DNA from: Candidatus Kaftiobacterium secundum
GTDB lineage: Bacteria > Sysuimicrobiota > Sysuimicrobiia > Sysuimicrobiales > Kaftiobacteriaceae
DNA: 64,000 bases
Assembly (NCBI GenBank): GCA_031459765.1
Contig: JAVKHY010000001.1
Span: 468,156 to 532,155, forward strand
Direction: 5' to 3'
The notes under the pieces were generated by a model. That model searched no databases. It was not told the origin of the DNA and worked only from the letters and a program-made list of their open reading frames with translations. The position numbers and the translations under genes are program-made. The stretch's first letter is position 1, and each line of letters begins with the position of its first letter. Of the stretch, positions 17,822 to 27,423 are shown piece after piece.

Positions 17822-18769
17822 ATGCAGAGGTACGTCGCGCAGCGGCTGCTGCTCCTGATCCCCGTCCTCCTGGTCATCTCGGCGCTGGTGTTCTCGCTGA
17901 TGCACCTCATCCCCGGGGATCCGGCGCAGGTCATCCTCGGTTTCGAGAACACCGACCCCGTTCAGCTGGAGGCGGTGCGCCGCGACCTGGGATTGGACCG
18001 GCCCGTCTACGTGCAGTACGGCCGCTGGCTGTCCCGGGTCGCCCGCGGGCAGTTCGGCACGTCGGTGCGCACCGGGCGGCCCATCGGGACGCTGCTCGGG
18101 GAGGCGCTGCCGTTCACCATCGAGCTGGCGCTGTACGCGGTCCTGCTGGCGATGCTCATCGGGATCCCGGTCGGCACGCTGGCCGGGACGACGCGCTCCC
18201 GCGCCGCTGACGGAGCGATGCAGACCCTGACGCTGCTGGGGTTGTCCCTGCCCGCCTTCTGGGTCGGGGCGATGTTCATCTTGCTGTTCAGCGTCCACCT
18301 GCGCTGGTTTCCCGTCCTGAGCTATCCGCCGCTGGCCACCGACCCGCTGGCCAACCTGCGCGGGTTCTTTCTCCCGGCGTTGACCCTGGCCGTGCCCAAC
18401 GCCGCGGCCATCGCCCGGATGGTGCGGGCCTCGATGGTCGCCGTGCGGGGAGAGGAGTACGTCAAGGCGGCGCGGGCCAAGGGGTTGAGCGAGGTCCTTG
18501 TGGTCCGGCGCCATATGCTGAAGAACGCCCTCATCCCCGTCGTCACCCTGATCGGCATCGTCACGGGGTACCTGCTGGGCGGCGCCATCGTCGTGGAACA
18601 GGTTTTCGCCATCCCCGGCGTCGGACGGATGGGACTGCAGGCCATCGTGCAGCGGGACTACCCGGTCCTCCAGGCCGTGGTGCTCGCCGTCGCCGGGCTC
18701 TTCGTGCTGGTCAACCTGGTCGTGGATCTGATCTATGTCCTCCTCGATCCCCGAATCCGCTATTCGTGA
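17822..18769 (+). CDS. peptide ABC transporter permease (DppB-like)
   Basis: MQRYVAQRLLLLIPVLLVIS...; RBS AAAGGAG. Confidence 0.85.
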   Translation: MQRYVAQRLLLLIPVLLVISALVFSLMHLIPGDPAQVILGFENTDPVQLEAVRRDLGLDRPVYVQYGRWLSRVARGQFGTSVRTGRPIGTLLGEALPFTIELALYAVLLAMLIGIPVGTLAGTTRSRAADGAMQTLTLLGLSLPAFWVGAMFILLFSVHLRWFPVLSYPPLATDPLANLRGFFLPALTLAVPNAAAIARMVRASMVAVRGEEYVKAARAKGLSEVLVVRRHMLKNALIPVVTLIGIVTGYLLGGAIVVEQVFAIPGVGRMGLQAIVQRDYPVLQAVVLAVAGLFVLVNLVVDLIYVLLDPRIRYS

Positions 18770-19652
18770 TCGCGTCGCCTGGGGCGCGGCGCGGGTCGCT
18801 CCCGGACGCCGCGGTCTGGTCACCTTTGTCGTGCGCTCGCGGAAGTTTGTCGTCGGATCGAGCATTCTGGCCGTCGTCGTGCTGGCCGCCCTGCTCGCCC
18901 CCCGCCTGGCGCCCTATCCCGTCACCGAGATGCACGCCCTGGACCGCTTCGCCCCGCCCGGGAGCCGGTACTGGCTGGGCACCGACTTCTTCGGACGGGA
19001 TCTGTTCAGCCGCATTCTCTTCGGCTACCGCACCTCGCTGCTGGTCGCCGCTCTATCCGTGGCCTTCGCCATGACCGTGGGCAGCGCCCTGGGCGTGGTG
19101 GCGGGCTACGCCGGCGGGGGTATCGATACCGCGCTGATGCGCGCCATGGATATCCTCTTCGCCTTTCCCGTGCTGCTGCTGGCCATCGCCATCGTCGTCG
19201 TGCTCGGCGCCGGTACGCTGACCACGGTGTTGGCCATCGGGATCGTCTACGTGCCCATCTTCGCCCGCATCGCCCGGGCCCCGACCCTGGTGGTGCGGGA
19301 GCAGGCGTACGTCGAAGCGGCCCGGGCCCTGGGCCAGCGGACGCGCCGGATCCTCCTGCGCCACGTCCTGCCCAACGTGAGCACGCCGATCTTCGTCCAG
19401 GCCACGATCAACCTGGCCACGGCCATCCTCTTCGAATCGGCGCTGAGCTTCCTGGGGCTGGGCACGCAGCCGCCCTATCCGTCGCTGGGGCTGATGGTCA
19501 GCGAGGGACGCAACTACCTCGAACTCAGCCCCTGGCCCTCGGTCTTTCCGGGTCTGGCCATCGTGTTGGTGGTGCTGGGCTTCAACCTCGTGGGCGACGC
19601 CCTGCAGGAGATCCTCGACCCGCGCCTGCGGCAGACCTGGGCGGGCTCATGA
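18735..19652 (+). CDS. peptide ABC transporter permease (DppC-like)
   Basis: DppC-type pattern; start uncertain (overlaps upstream gene). Confidence 0.8.
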   Translation: MSSSIPESAIRDRVAWGAARVAPGRRGLVTFVVRSRKFVVGSSILAVVVLAALLAPRLAPYPVTEMHALDRFAPPGSRYWLGTDFFGRDLFSRILFGYRTSLLVAALSVAFAMTVGSALGVVAGYAGGGIDTALMRAMDILFAFPVLLLAIAIVVVLGAGTLTTVLAIGIVYVPIFARIARAPTLVVREQAYVEAARALGQRTRRILLRHVLPNVSTPIFVQATINLATAILFESALSFLGLGTQPPYPSLGLMVSEGRNYLELSPWPSVFPGLAIVLVVLGFNLVGDALQEILDPRLRQTWAGS

Positions 19653-20785
19653 TCACGCTGCGCAGCGGGACACCCGAAGAGGCGGAGCTCGATCCCGGGC
19701 GGCTGGCGGCGGTGGAGGCCCTCCTGGCCGAAGGGGTGCGCGACGGCGTCTTCCCCGGCGCCGTCGCGCTCGTCGCCCGCGGCGGGGTGGTGGGATGGCA
19801 GCACGCGGCAGGATGGGCGCAGCTCACCCCCTCCCAGCGGCCGGCCGCCCCGGACACCATCTACGACCTCGCCTCGCTGACCAAGGTCACCGCAGCGCTG
19901 CCGGTGGCCCTGGCCCTGGTGGACCGGGCGCTGCTGGATCTCGATGCGCCGGTGCGCGCTCTGCTCCCCGAGTTCACCGGAGGGGCCCGGGACCTGGTGA
20001 CCTTCCGCCACCTGCTGGCCCACACCTCGGGACTGCCCGCCTGGCGCGCCCTCTACCTGCGGGCCGCGGCGCGGGCGGAGGTGCTCCGGGTGATCTGCGA
20101 CGAGCCGCTCGTCGCCGACCCCGGCGCCCTCGTCGAATACTCCGACCTGGGGATCATCCTGCTGGGGTTTGCCATGGAACGGGCCCTGGGGGTCCGCATC
20201 GATGCGCTCGTGCGCGAGTACGTCACCGCCCCGCTCGGGCTGCGGGAGACGATGTACACGCCGCCCCCGGAGCTGTGGGGGCGTTGCGCGGCCGCCGAGG
20301 TCGGCCACAGGTACGAGCGGGAGAAGGTGGGCGAAGAGGGCCGGGAGCACTCCTGGCGCGAGGAGGTGCTGTGCGGCGAGGTGCACGACGGGAACACCTA
20401 CTATGCCATGGAGGGGGTGGCCCCACACGCGGGGTTGTTCTCGACCGCCCGGGAGGTGGCGGAGGTGGCCTTCCAGTGGCTGCGGCCCGGCGGCCTGCTC
20501 AGCGCCGCGGCGGTTGCCGACGCCACCACGGACCAGCGCGCCGGCGCGGCGGGGTATCCCCGGGGGCTGGGATGGGTTCTCCACCACGAGGGGGTCTTCT
20601 TCGACGCCTTCGGCCCCCGGTCGTTCGGGCACACCGGATTCACCGGCACTTCTGTGGCCGTCGATCCCGATCAGGACCTTGTCGCCGTGCTGCTGACGAA
20701 CCGGGTGCACCTGGGGGGATCGAACACGAAGATTCAGGAGTTCCGTCCGCGCTTCCACCGGGCGGTGCGGGAGGCGCTGCGCTGA
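19649..20785 (+). CDS. beta-lactamase-fold serine hydrolase, AmiE(YbbE)-like candidate MurNAc-L-Ala amidase
   Basis: S-x-x-K motif DLASLTKV; class C beta-lactamase/transpeptidase-like fold; sits beside murQ/nagZ as B. subtilis amiE does. Confidence 0.7.
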   Translation: MITLRSGTPEEAELDPGRLAAVEALLAEGVRDGVFPGAVALVARGGVVGWQHAAGWAQLTPSQRPAAPDTIYDLASLTKVTAALPVALALVDRALLDLDAPVRALLPEFTGGARDLVTFRHLLAHTSGLPAWRALYLRAAARAEVLRVICDEPLVADPGALVEYSDLGIILLGFAMERALGVRIDALVREYVTAPLGLRETMYTPPPELWGRCAAAEVGHRYEREKVGEEGREHSWREEVLCGEVHDGNTYYAMEGVAPHAGLFSTAREVAEVAFQWLRPGGLLSAAAVADATTDQRAGAAGYPRGLGWVLHHEGVFFDAFGPRSFGHTGFTGTSVAVDPDQDLVAVLLTNRVHLGGSNTKIQEFRPRFHRAVREALR

Positions 20786-21720
20786 TGATCCTGGTCGGGG
20801 TGGACGCGGGAGCCACCACCACGCGCGCCGTCGCCTCGGAGGACGGGCGTCTGGCGGGCCGGGCCACCGCCGGATCGGGGAATCCGCACAACGCCGGCGT
20901 GGGGGCGGCGGCCGAGGCGATTGTGCAGGCCGTGCGCCGGGCCGCCGGGGGGCGGGCGGCCGACCTGGTTGTGGCGGGGGTCGCCGGGCTGGAGGACCCC
21001 AGGATCAAAGAAGGCCTGCACTCGGCGCTGGCCGCCAGCGGCTTCTCGCAGCAGTTTCACATTTCCTCGGACGCGCTGATCGCCCTCGACGGGGCGTTTC
21101 TGGGCGGGCCGGGCATCATCGTCATCTCCGGAACGGGGTCGGTGGCCTGGGGGCGGAACGAGCGGGGGGAAGAAGCCCGCTCCGGCGGGTGGGGGCACGT
21201 AATCGACGACGCCGGCAGCGGGTACGACATCGGACGGTCGGTGCTGCGGGCCGTCCTGCGCGCGCACGACGGGCGAGGGCCGGCGACGATCATGACCTCC
21301 AAGGTCTTCGAGACGCTGGGCGTCCGCCTGCCGGAGCAGATCGTCGGCGCGGCGCGGGAGATGTCCCCTCCGCAGATGGCCGCCCTGGCGCCGATCGCCC
21401 TGGAAGCGGCGGCGGAGGGCGATGCCGTGGCGAGGGAGATCCTCGCCGTCGCCGGCCGGGAGCTCGCCGCGACGGCGGAAGCGGTGTGGCGGCAACTCGG
21501 GTTCGCGGGTCCGCATCCTGTGGCCGGCATCGGCGGGGTGTTCAGCCACGCCGGGATGCGCGAGGCGTTCGTCGAGGCGCTGCGCGGGCTGTGCCCCGAG
21601 GCGGTGTTCACCCCGCCCCGCCTGCCGCCCGTGGGCGGGGCGCTGTGGCGCGCCTTTGCGATGCGCGGCCTTCGGCCGCCGGAGGCGCTCATCAGGCAGG
21701 TGGCGGAGGGCGATCGATGA
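20785..21720 (+). CDS. BadF/BadG/BcrA/BcrD-type ATPase, MurK-like MurNAc/GlcNAc kinase candidate
   Basis: ILVGVDAGATTTRAV...ISGTGS ASKHA motifs; ATGA start/stop overlap with neighbours. Confidence 0.75.
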   Translation: MILVGVDAGATTTRAVASEDGRLAGRATAGSGNPHNAGVGAAAEAIVQAVRRAAGGRAADLVVAGVAGLEDPRIKEGLHSALAASGFSQQFHISSDALIALDGAFLGGPGIIVISGTGSVAWGRNERGEEARSGGWGHVIDDAGSGYDIGRSVLRAVLRAHDGRGPATIMTSKVFETLGVRLPEQIVGAAREMSPPQMAALAPIALEAAAEGDAVAREILAVAGRELAATAEAVWRQLGFAGPHPVAGIGGVFSHAGMREAFVEALRGLCPEAVFTPPRLPPVGGALWRAFAMRGLRPPEALIRQVAEGDR

Positions 21721-22643
21721 GCGACAACCCGTCGGGGAGGAACGACTTCGGCGATCTCGTCACGGAGAGGCGGAACCCCCGCTCGATGCGGCTCGACGTG
21801 ATGAGCACGGCGGAGATTGTCGCGCTGATCAACGACGAGGACGCCACCGTCGCCGCCGCCGTGCGCGGGGCCCTGCCCGAGATCGCGCGCGCCGCGGACC
21901 TCATCGCCGACCGCCTGCGGCGGGGCGGCCGGCTGTTCTACGTCGGGGCGGGCACCAGCGGGCGGATCGCCATGCTTGATGCCGCGGAGTGGACGCCGAC
22001 CTTCGGCACCGATCCCGGGCTGGTCCGCGCCGTCGTCGCCGGGGGCGCCGAGGCGACCATCGCGGCGGCCTCCGCGCTGGAGGACGATGCGGAACAGGGC
22101 GCGCAGGACCTGGCCGTCCACGATCCGGTTCCATCTGATGTGGTGGTCGGGATCGCCGCCAGCGGCCGGACTCCGTACGTGCTGGGCGCGCTGCGGAAGG
22201 CCAGAGCCGCCGGCGCGGCGACGATCGCCCTCTGTTCCAACGCCAACACGCCGATGGCGGAGGAAGCCGACCTGGCCATCGTCGTCCTCACCGGTCCCGA
22301 GGTGCTCACGGGATCGACGCGGATGAAGGCCGGGACGGCGCAGAAGATGGTGCTGAACATGCTGAGCACCGCGGCGATGGTCCGCCTGGGGAAGGTGTAC
22401 AGCAACCTCATGGTGGACATGGTCCCGGCGAACGAGAAGCTGCTCCACCGCGCCCGGCGGATCGTCGCCGAGGCGGCGGGCGTCTCGCCCGCCCAGGCCG
22501 CGCAGGTGCTGGAGGCCGCAGGCAACCACGTGAAGACGGCGATCGTCATGGCCGTCCTCCGCTGCGGGCGGGACGAAGCCCGGGCGGCGCTGGAGCGGGC
22601 CGGCGGCATGGTGCGTATCGCCCTGGAGGCGCGGCGGCCGTGA
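21717..22643 (+). CDS. murQ: N-acetylmuramic acid 6-phosphate etherase
   Basis: SIS domain with the MurQ N-terminus (ERRNPRSMRLDVMSTAEIVALINDED) and GAGTSGRIAMLDA. Confidence 0.85.
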   Translation: MSDNPSGRNDFGDLVTERRNPRSMRLDVMSTAEIVALINDEDATVAAAVRGALPEIARAADLIADRLRRGGRLFYVGAGTSGRIAMLDAAEWTPTFGTDPGLVRAVVAGGAEATIAAASALEDDAEQGAQDLAVHDPVPSDVVVGIAASGRTPYVLGALRKARAAGAATIALCSNANTPMAEEADLAIVVLTGPEVLTGSTRMKAGTAQKMVLNMLSTAAMVRLGKVYSNLMVDMVPANEKLLHRARRIVAEAAGVSPAQAAQVLEAAGNHVKTAIVMAVLRCGRDEARAALERAGGMVRIALEARRP

Positions 22644-23797
22644 TACGCACCTGGCCGGCGGCGGCCGACCGCCTGGTGGTGGTCGGGCTCATCTCCGGAA
22701 CCTCCGTGGACGGGATCGACGCCGCGGTGGTTGAGGTGACCCGCCGCCCGGACGGCGGAGTTACCGCGCGCACCCTGACCGCCATGACGCGGCCCTATCC
22801 GCCTGACATGCGCGAGCGGATCCTCGGCCTGTGCCGCCCCGACGCGCCGCTGGAGGAGGTGTGCCGGGCGAACTTCGACGTGGCCGCGGAGTTTGCCCTG
22901 GCCGCGCAGGAGGCCCTGGAGGCGGCGCAGCGGGTCGGCCTGCGCCGCGAGGATGTCGACCTCATTGCCTCGCACGGGCAGACGATCTGGCACATCCCCC
23001 GCCACAGCACGCTGCAGATCGGCGAGGCCGCGGTCATCGCCGAGCGCACCGGCTTGCCCGTGGTCAGCAACTTCCGCGCGCGCGACGTTGCCGCCGGCGG
23101 TCACGGTGCGCCGCTCGTTTCTTATGTCGACTACGTTCTCTTCCGCGATGCCGCGCGCGGCCGGGCCCTGCAGAACCTCGGCGGGATCGGCAACGTCACC
23201 TGGATTCCGGCCGGCGCCGGGCCCTCCGACGTCCTGTCCTTTGACACAGGGCCGGGCAACATGCTGATCGACGGGGTGGCCCGCCTGGCCGCGGGGCGGG
23301 AGCGCGACGACGGCGGCGCGCTGGCCGGGCGGGGACGCGTCCACCCGCAGCTGCTGGAGGAGCTGCTGGGCGACCCGTACTACAAGGAACCTCCGCCCAA
23401 GACGACGGGACGCGAGAAGTTCGGCGAGGCCTGCGCCCGGATGGTCCTGGCGCGCGGGCGGGCGCTGGGGGCGGGCCCGGAGGACCTCCTGGCGACCGTG
23501 ACGATGCTGACCGTCCGGACGATCGCCGACGCCTACCGCGCCCACCTGCCCGGCGTGCAGGAGGTCGTCCTCAGCGGCGGGGGCGTCCACAACGCCACAT
23601 TGGTCCGCTGGCTGCGGGAGGCCCTGTCTCCCGCACCGGTGATCAGCAGCGCGGAGTACGGCGTCGACCCCGACTTCAAGGAAGCCGTGGCCTTCGCCGT
23701 GCTCGGCGCGCAGACGGCCTGGGGCCGACCCGGCAACCTCCCCGCCGCCACGGGAGCCTCGCGGGCCGTCATCCTCGGCGACCTCACGCCGGCCTAG
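22640..23797 (+). CDS. anmK: anhydro-N-acetylmuramic acid kinase
   Basis: GLISGTSVDGIDAAVV N-terminus typical of AnmK; GTGA overlap with murQ. Confidence 0.85.
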   Translation: MIRTWPAAADRLVVVGLISGTSVDGIDAAVVEVTRRPDGGVTARTLTAMTRPYPPDMRERILGLCRPDAPLEEVCRANFDVAAEFALAAQEALEAAQRVGLRREDVDLIASHGQTIWHIPRHSTLQIGEAAVIAERTGLPVVSNFRARDVAAGGHGAPLVSYVDYVLFRDAARGRALQNLGGIGNVTWIPAGAGPSDVLSFDTGPGNMLIDGVARLAAGRERDDGGALAGRGRVHPQLLEELLGDPYYKEPPPKTTGREKFGEACARMVLARGRALGAGPEDLLATVTMLTVRTIADAYRAHLPGVQEVVLSGGGVHNATLVRWLREALSPAPVISSAEYGVDPDFKEAVAFAVLGAQTAWGRPGNLPAATGASRAVILGDLTPA

Positions 23798-23927
23798 TTC
23801 CTTCCTCCTCCGGTCCATCCCGGTCGGAAAAGATCAGGTCTCGACCCGATCTCTCCGGCATCGTTCCGGGTAGAGAAGGACAGTAGCGTCGGTTATCCCT
23901 GTCGGTTTGGGGAAGGATTGATGGAAG

Positions 23928-25811
23928 ATGCTCGTCCGCCGCCCTCTCCTCGCTCTTACGGCCGTCTTCCTCCTGGCGATGCTGGCCGGCTTCCCTGCGG
24001 CGCCGGCGCGGGCCCAGTACGAAGACCTCATCGCCCAGGTGAAGCCCGCCGTGGTCCTGATCCAGGTGACCCACGCCCTGGGCGGGCGCGGACACGGCTC
24101 GGGGTTCGTCTACGATCCTTCCGGCTTCATCCTCACCAACCACCACGTCGTGGAAGGGGCGGCGCAGATCACGGTGCGGCTGCAGGACGGCCGCACCTTT
24201 CCGGCCCGGGTCGTGGACTACGTCCGGCGCGCGGAGTACTCGTGTCCGCCGCAGGTGGCGCGGATGGTCGATGCCGCGGTCCTGAAGATCGACGCCACGG
24301 ACCTCAAGGCCATCCCGCTGGGCGATTCGTCGTCGCTGCGGCAGGGACAGGAACTGCTGGTGCTCGGCTATCCCGGCGGGGTCGGGACGGAGGAGGTGAG
24401 CGTGACCCGGGGCATTGTCGGGGCGCTGCGCAGCGGATGGTTCCAGACCGACGCCACGATGATGCCGGGCAACAGCGGGGGCCCGGCGGTCGACCGGCAG
24501 GGCAGAGCGGTCGGGCTGGTCGCTTTCGGCACCGGCCAGTACTTGAAGATCGGCGGCGTCATCGCCATCAACGAAGTGCGGGCCATGGCCGCCGCCGCCC
24601 TCTCTCCCGACGGTCCCCGGACGCGCCAGGTCCTCGTCAGCGGCCGGGAGTTCGTTGCGGCCATGGAGGTAGGCCGCCGGAAGACCCTGCGCCAGACCGC
24701 CGAGGCTCCGGGGATGCGCACGTCGGTGTCGGAGTACAGCTCGGAGGTGACGCAGGTTCAGGAGTTCGCCGGCGCGTTGCTGGCGACGATCCGCACGGGC
24801 CAGGACCGTGAAATGCGCGAGCTGCTGGATGCCGACGGCCTGTTCATCGTCGGCATCTCCGGCGACCGCCACTGGAAGCACTCCTTCCGCGAGCCCTGGA
24901 CCCTGCTCTCGTTCCCCCTGTGCCCCGGCGTCGGATGGCGGAGCCAGGTCGGCATGCAGGAGCTCTCCGACGGCACCATCCGGCAGATGACGATCTCCGC
25001 CCGGGTGGAGGCGGTGGGTGAGACGGTGACGGTCCCGGCCGGGACCTTCTCCGGAACGGTGAAGATCGTCGAGGCGTACGAGATCGTCGATCTTTCGGGT
25101 CGGAAGCCGCCGATCCGCCAGCAGGAGACGGCCTGGTGGGCCCAGGGCGTCGGCGCGGTGAAATCCGTGACGGTGGACGCCGCCACCCAGCAGCGCTGGA
25201 CCGACGAGCTGGTGTCGTCCAGTACCGTTGCGGCCGCGCCCCCGGCGCCTCCGCCCACCCCCGCCCCTTCGCCCTCCGCCCCGACCGTCCCCGCGCCCTC
25301 GGCCCCGGGCCCGTCGACGGAGCCCGGAGCGCCGGCGGCCCGCCCGCCGGCCCCCAACGACCGGGTCATCGTGCCCGGCGAGCGCGTGGGGGCCGTGCGC
25401 ATCGGCGATCCTCTGGACCGGCTCTTCGAAACGCTGGGAGAAGTCCCCACGGTGTCGGGGTCCCAGCGTCCCGGACAACCCTCCGGCTGGATCCGGTACC
25501 AGTGGCGGAACAGGGTGTACGCCTACGTGGAGAAGGACCGGCGGCTGATCACCGAGGTGGGGGTCTGGGCGCCGAACCCCGGCGAGATCGCGCAGCCGCC
25601 CTTCCGCATGGCAAACGGGATCGGCCTGGGCAGCACGGAGGGCCAGGTGGTGGCCGCCTTCGGCCGGCCCCCCAAACGGCAGGAGGGGGCGCGCCACGTC
25701 ATCTACATCTACAGCCCTCAGGGAGTCGCCTTCTTCATCGGGACGAATCCGGGCTATGCCTTCAACGGGCAGGTGTACGACATCTTCGTCTTCCCGCCGG
25801 GCACGTACTGA
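23928..25811 (+). CDS. secreted trypsin-like (S1) serine protease with Pro-rich linker and C-terminal domain
   Basis: signal peptide; HHVV (His), GNSGGP (Ser) active-site motifs; PAPPPTPAPSPSAPTVPAPSAPGPS linker. Confidence 0.75.
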   Translation: MLVRRPLLALTAVFLLAMLAGFPAAPARAQYEDLIAQVKPAVVLIQVTHALGGRGHGSGFVYDPSGFILTNHHVVEGAAQITVRLQDGRTFPARVVDYVRRAEYSCPPQVARMVDAAVLKIDATDLKAIPLGDSSSLRQGQELLVLGYPGGVGTEEVSVTRGIVGALRSGWFQTDATMMPGNSGGPAVDRQGRAVGLVAFGTGQYLKIGGVIAINEVRAMAAAALSPDGPRTRQVLVSGREFVAAMEVGRRKTLRQTAEAPGMRTSVSEYSSEVTQVQEFAGALLATIRTGQDREMRELLDADGLFIVGISGDRHWKHSFREPWTLLSFPLCPGVGWRSQVGMQELSDGTIRQMTISARVEAVGETVTVPAGTFSGTVKIVEAYEIVDLSGRKPPIRQQETAWWAQGVGAVKSVTVDAATQQRWTDELVSSSTVAAAPPAPPPTPAPSPSAPTVPAPSAPGPSTEPGAPAARPPAPNDRVIVPGERVGAVRIGDPLDRLFETLGEVPTVSGSQRPGQPSGWIRYQWRNRVYAYVEKDRRLITEVGVWAPNPGEIAQPPFRMANGIGLGSTEGQVVAAFGRPPKRQEGARHVIYIYSPQGVAFFIGTNPGYAFNGQVYDIFVFPPGTY

Positions 25812-25884
25812 GTCGAACAGGAAACTCATCGAGGTCTGCGGCCCGCCGCCCCCGGCAACGAGTATAGTGAGGGACAAGAGGCGC

Positions 25885-27423
25885 ATGCGGTCGCAGACGG
25901 CCGACCTCGTCGGCCAGCATTTCATCGTCGATTTTTCCGCTCCCGAGGTCACGCCCGACCTGGAGCGTCTGGTGCGCGAGGGGCGCATCGGCGGGGTGAT
26001 CCTCTTCGCCAAGAACATCCGCTCCGCCGCGCAGGTGCGCACCCTGACGGCCGACCTGCAGCGTCTGGCGGCGGACGCCGGGCTGCCGCCGCTGTTCGTG
26101 ACGGTCGATCAGGAAGGCGGCGTCGTGGCCAGGCTGCACGAAGGGTTCACCGTCTTCCCCGGGGCGATGGCCCTGGGAGCGACGGGACGGCCGGAGGACG
26201 CCGCGACCGCCGGCCGCGTCACGGCGCAGGAACTGCGGGCGCTCGGCATCAACGTCAACCACGCCCCCGTGCTGGACGTCAACACGAACCCCGCCAACCC
26301 GATCATCGGGCCGCGGGCCTTCGGCGACGACCCGCACGACGTGGCGCGGTTCGGGATCGCCTACCTCCGGGCCCTGCAGGCCGCCGGCGTGCTGGCCACC
26401 GTCAAGCACTTCCCCGGTCACGGAGATACCGTCCTCGACTCCCACCTCGACCTGCCCACGGTGGGGAAGGATCTGCGGCGGCTCCGGGAGGAGGAGCTGT
26501 ACCCCTTCCGGGAGGCCGTCCGCGCCGGCGCCGACGGTCTGCTGTCGGCGCACATCGTCTATCCCGCCCTGGACGCCTCGCGTCCGGCCACGCTCTCCCC
26601 GCGGGTGATGCGGGACCTCCTGCGCGGCGAGCTGGGCTTCGAGGGTGTGGTCATGACGGACTCGATGGCCATGAAGGCCATCGCCGACCGCTGGTCGCGG
26701 GGGGCGGCCGCGGTGGAGGCCCTGCGCGCCGGATGCGACCTCATCCTGGCCTGCGGGTCCCGCGAAGAGCAGTGGGCGTCCATCGAAGCCGCCCGGCAGG
26801 CGGTCGCCGACGGGAGGCTCGATGCCGGCATGATCGAGCAGAGCGGCGCGCGGATTGCCGGAATCAAGGCGCGGTATGCGCGCCCCTCCTCCGGGGACGG
26901 CGGGGCCACCGGGACGGCCTGGCCCCTGGCCCAGGCCATCGCCGACCGCGCCGTGACCCTGGTGCGAAACGACGCCGGACGCATCCCGCTGGGATCCGGG
27001 CGTGTCGCCGTGATCGCCGTAGGCGACCGCACCTGGGAGGACCGCTTCCCGACGCTCGGTGAGGAGCTGGCCCGGGCGGGGCCGGGGGTCGTCGTCGTCA
27101 CGTCGCTGGACGAGGTCCTCAATGGCACCTGGGACACCGTTGTGGCCGCCAGCCTGACCCTGCGCGCCGCCGAAGGAGTGGAGGCGGTGCGCGCCCTGCA
27201 CCGGCATCTCGGTGACCGGCTGGTCGTGGTCGGGATCGGGAGTCCGTACGAGTTGCTGCGGTTTCCCGAGGTCTCGACCTACCTGGCCGCCTACGGGCCG
27301 GATCCGGCCAGCGTCCGCGCCGCGGCGAAAGCCCTGACCGGCGCCCTGACGCCTTCCGGCCGCCTGCCCGTGGCCCTGCCCGGCCTGCATCCCCGCGGGT
27401 GGGGCGTCAGCGCACGCGGGTAA
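25885..27423 (+). CDS. nagZ: beta-N-acetylhexosaminidase, GH3
   Basis: GGVILFAKNI..., KHFPGHGDT motif of GH3 NagZ. Confidence 0.8.
   Translation: MRSQTADLVGQHFIVDFSAPEVTPDLERLVREGRIGGVILFAKNIRSAAQVRTLTADLQRLAADAGLPPLFVTVDQEGGVVARLHEGFTVFPGAMALGATGRPEDAATAGRVTAQELRALGINVNHAPVLDVNTNPANPIIGPRAFGDDPHDVARFGIAYLRALQAAGVLATVKHFPGHGDTVLDSHLDLPTVGKDLRRLREEELYPFREAVRAGADGLLSAHIVYPALDASRPATLSPRVMRDLLRGELGFEGVVMTDSMAMKAIADRWSRGAAAVEALRAGCDLILACGSREEQWASIEAARQAVADGRLDAGMIEQSGARIAGIKARYARPSSGDGGATGTAWPLAQAIADRAVTLVRNDAGRIPLGSGRVAVIAVGDRTWEDRFPTLGEELARAGPGVVVVTSLDEVLNGTWDTVVAASLTLRAAEGVEAVRALHRHLGDRLVVVGIGSPYELLRFPEVSTYLAAYGPDPASVRAAAKALTGALTPSGRLPVALPGLHPRGWGVSARG

Noticed and set aside
25228-25340. Proline/alanine/serine-rich repetitive stretch (PAPPPTPAPSPSAPTVPAPSAPGPS) that looked like a simple-sequence repeat.
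   Set aside because: It is in frame inside the secreted protease and is best explained as an interdomain linker, not a DNA-level repeat or mobile feature.
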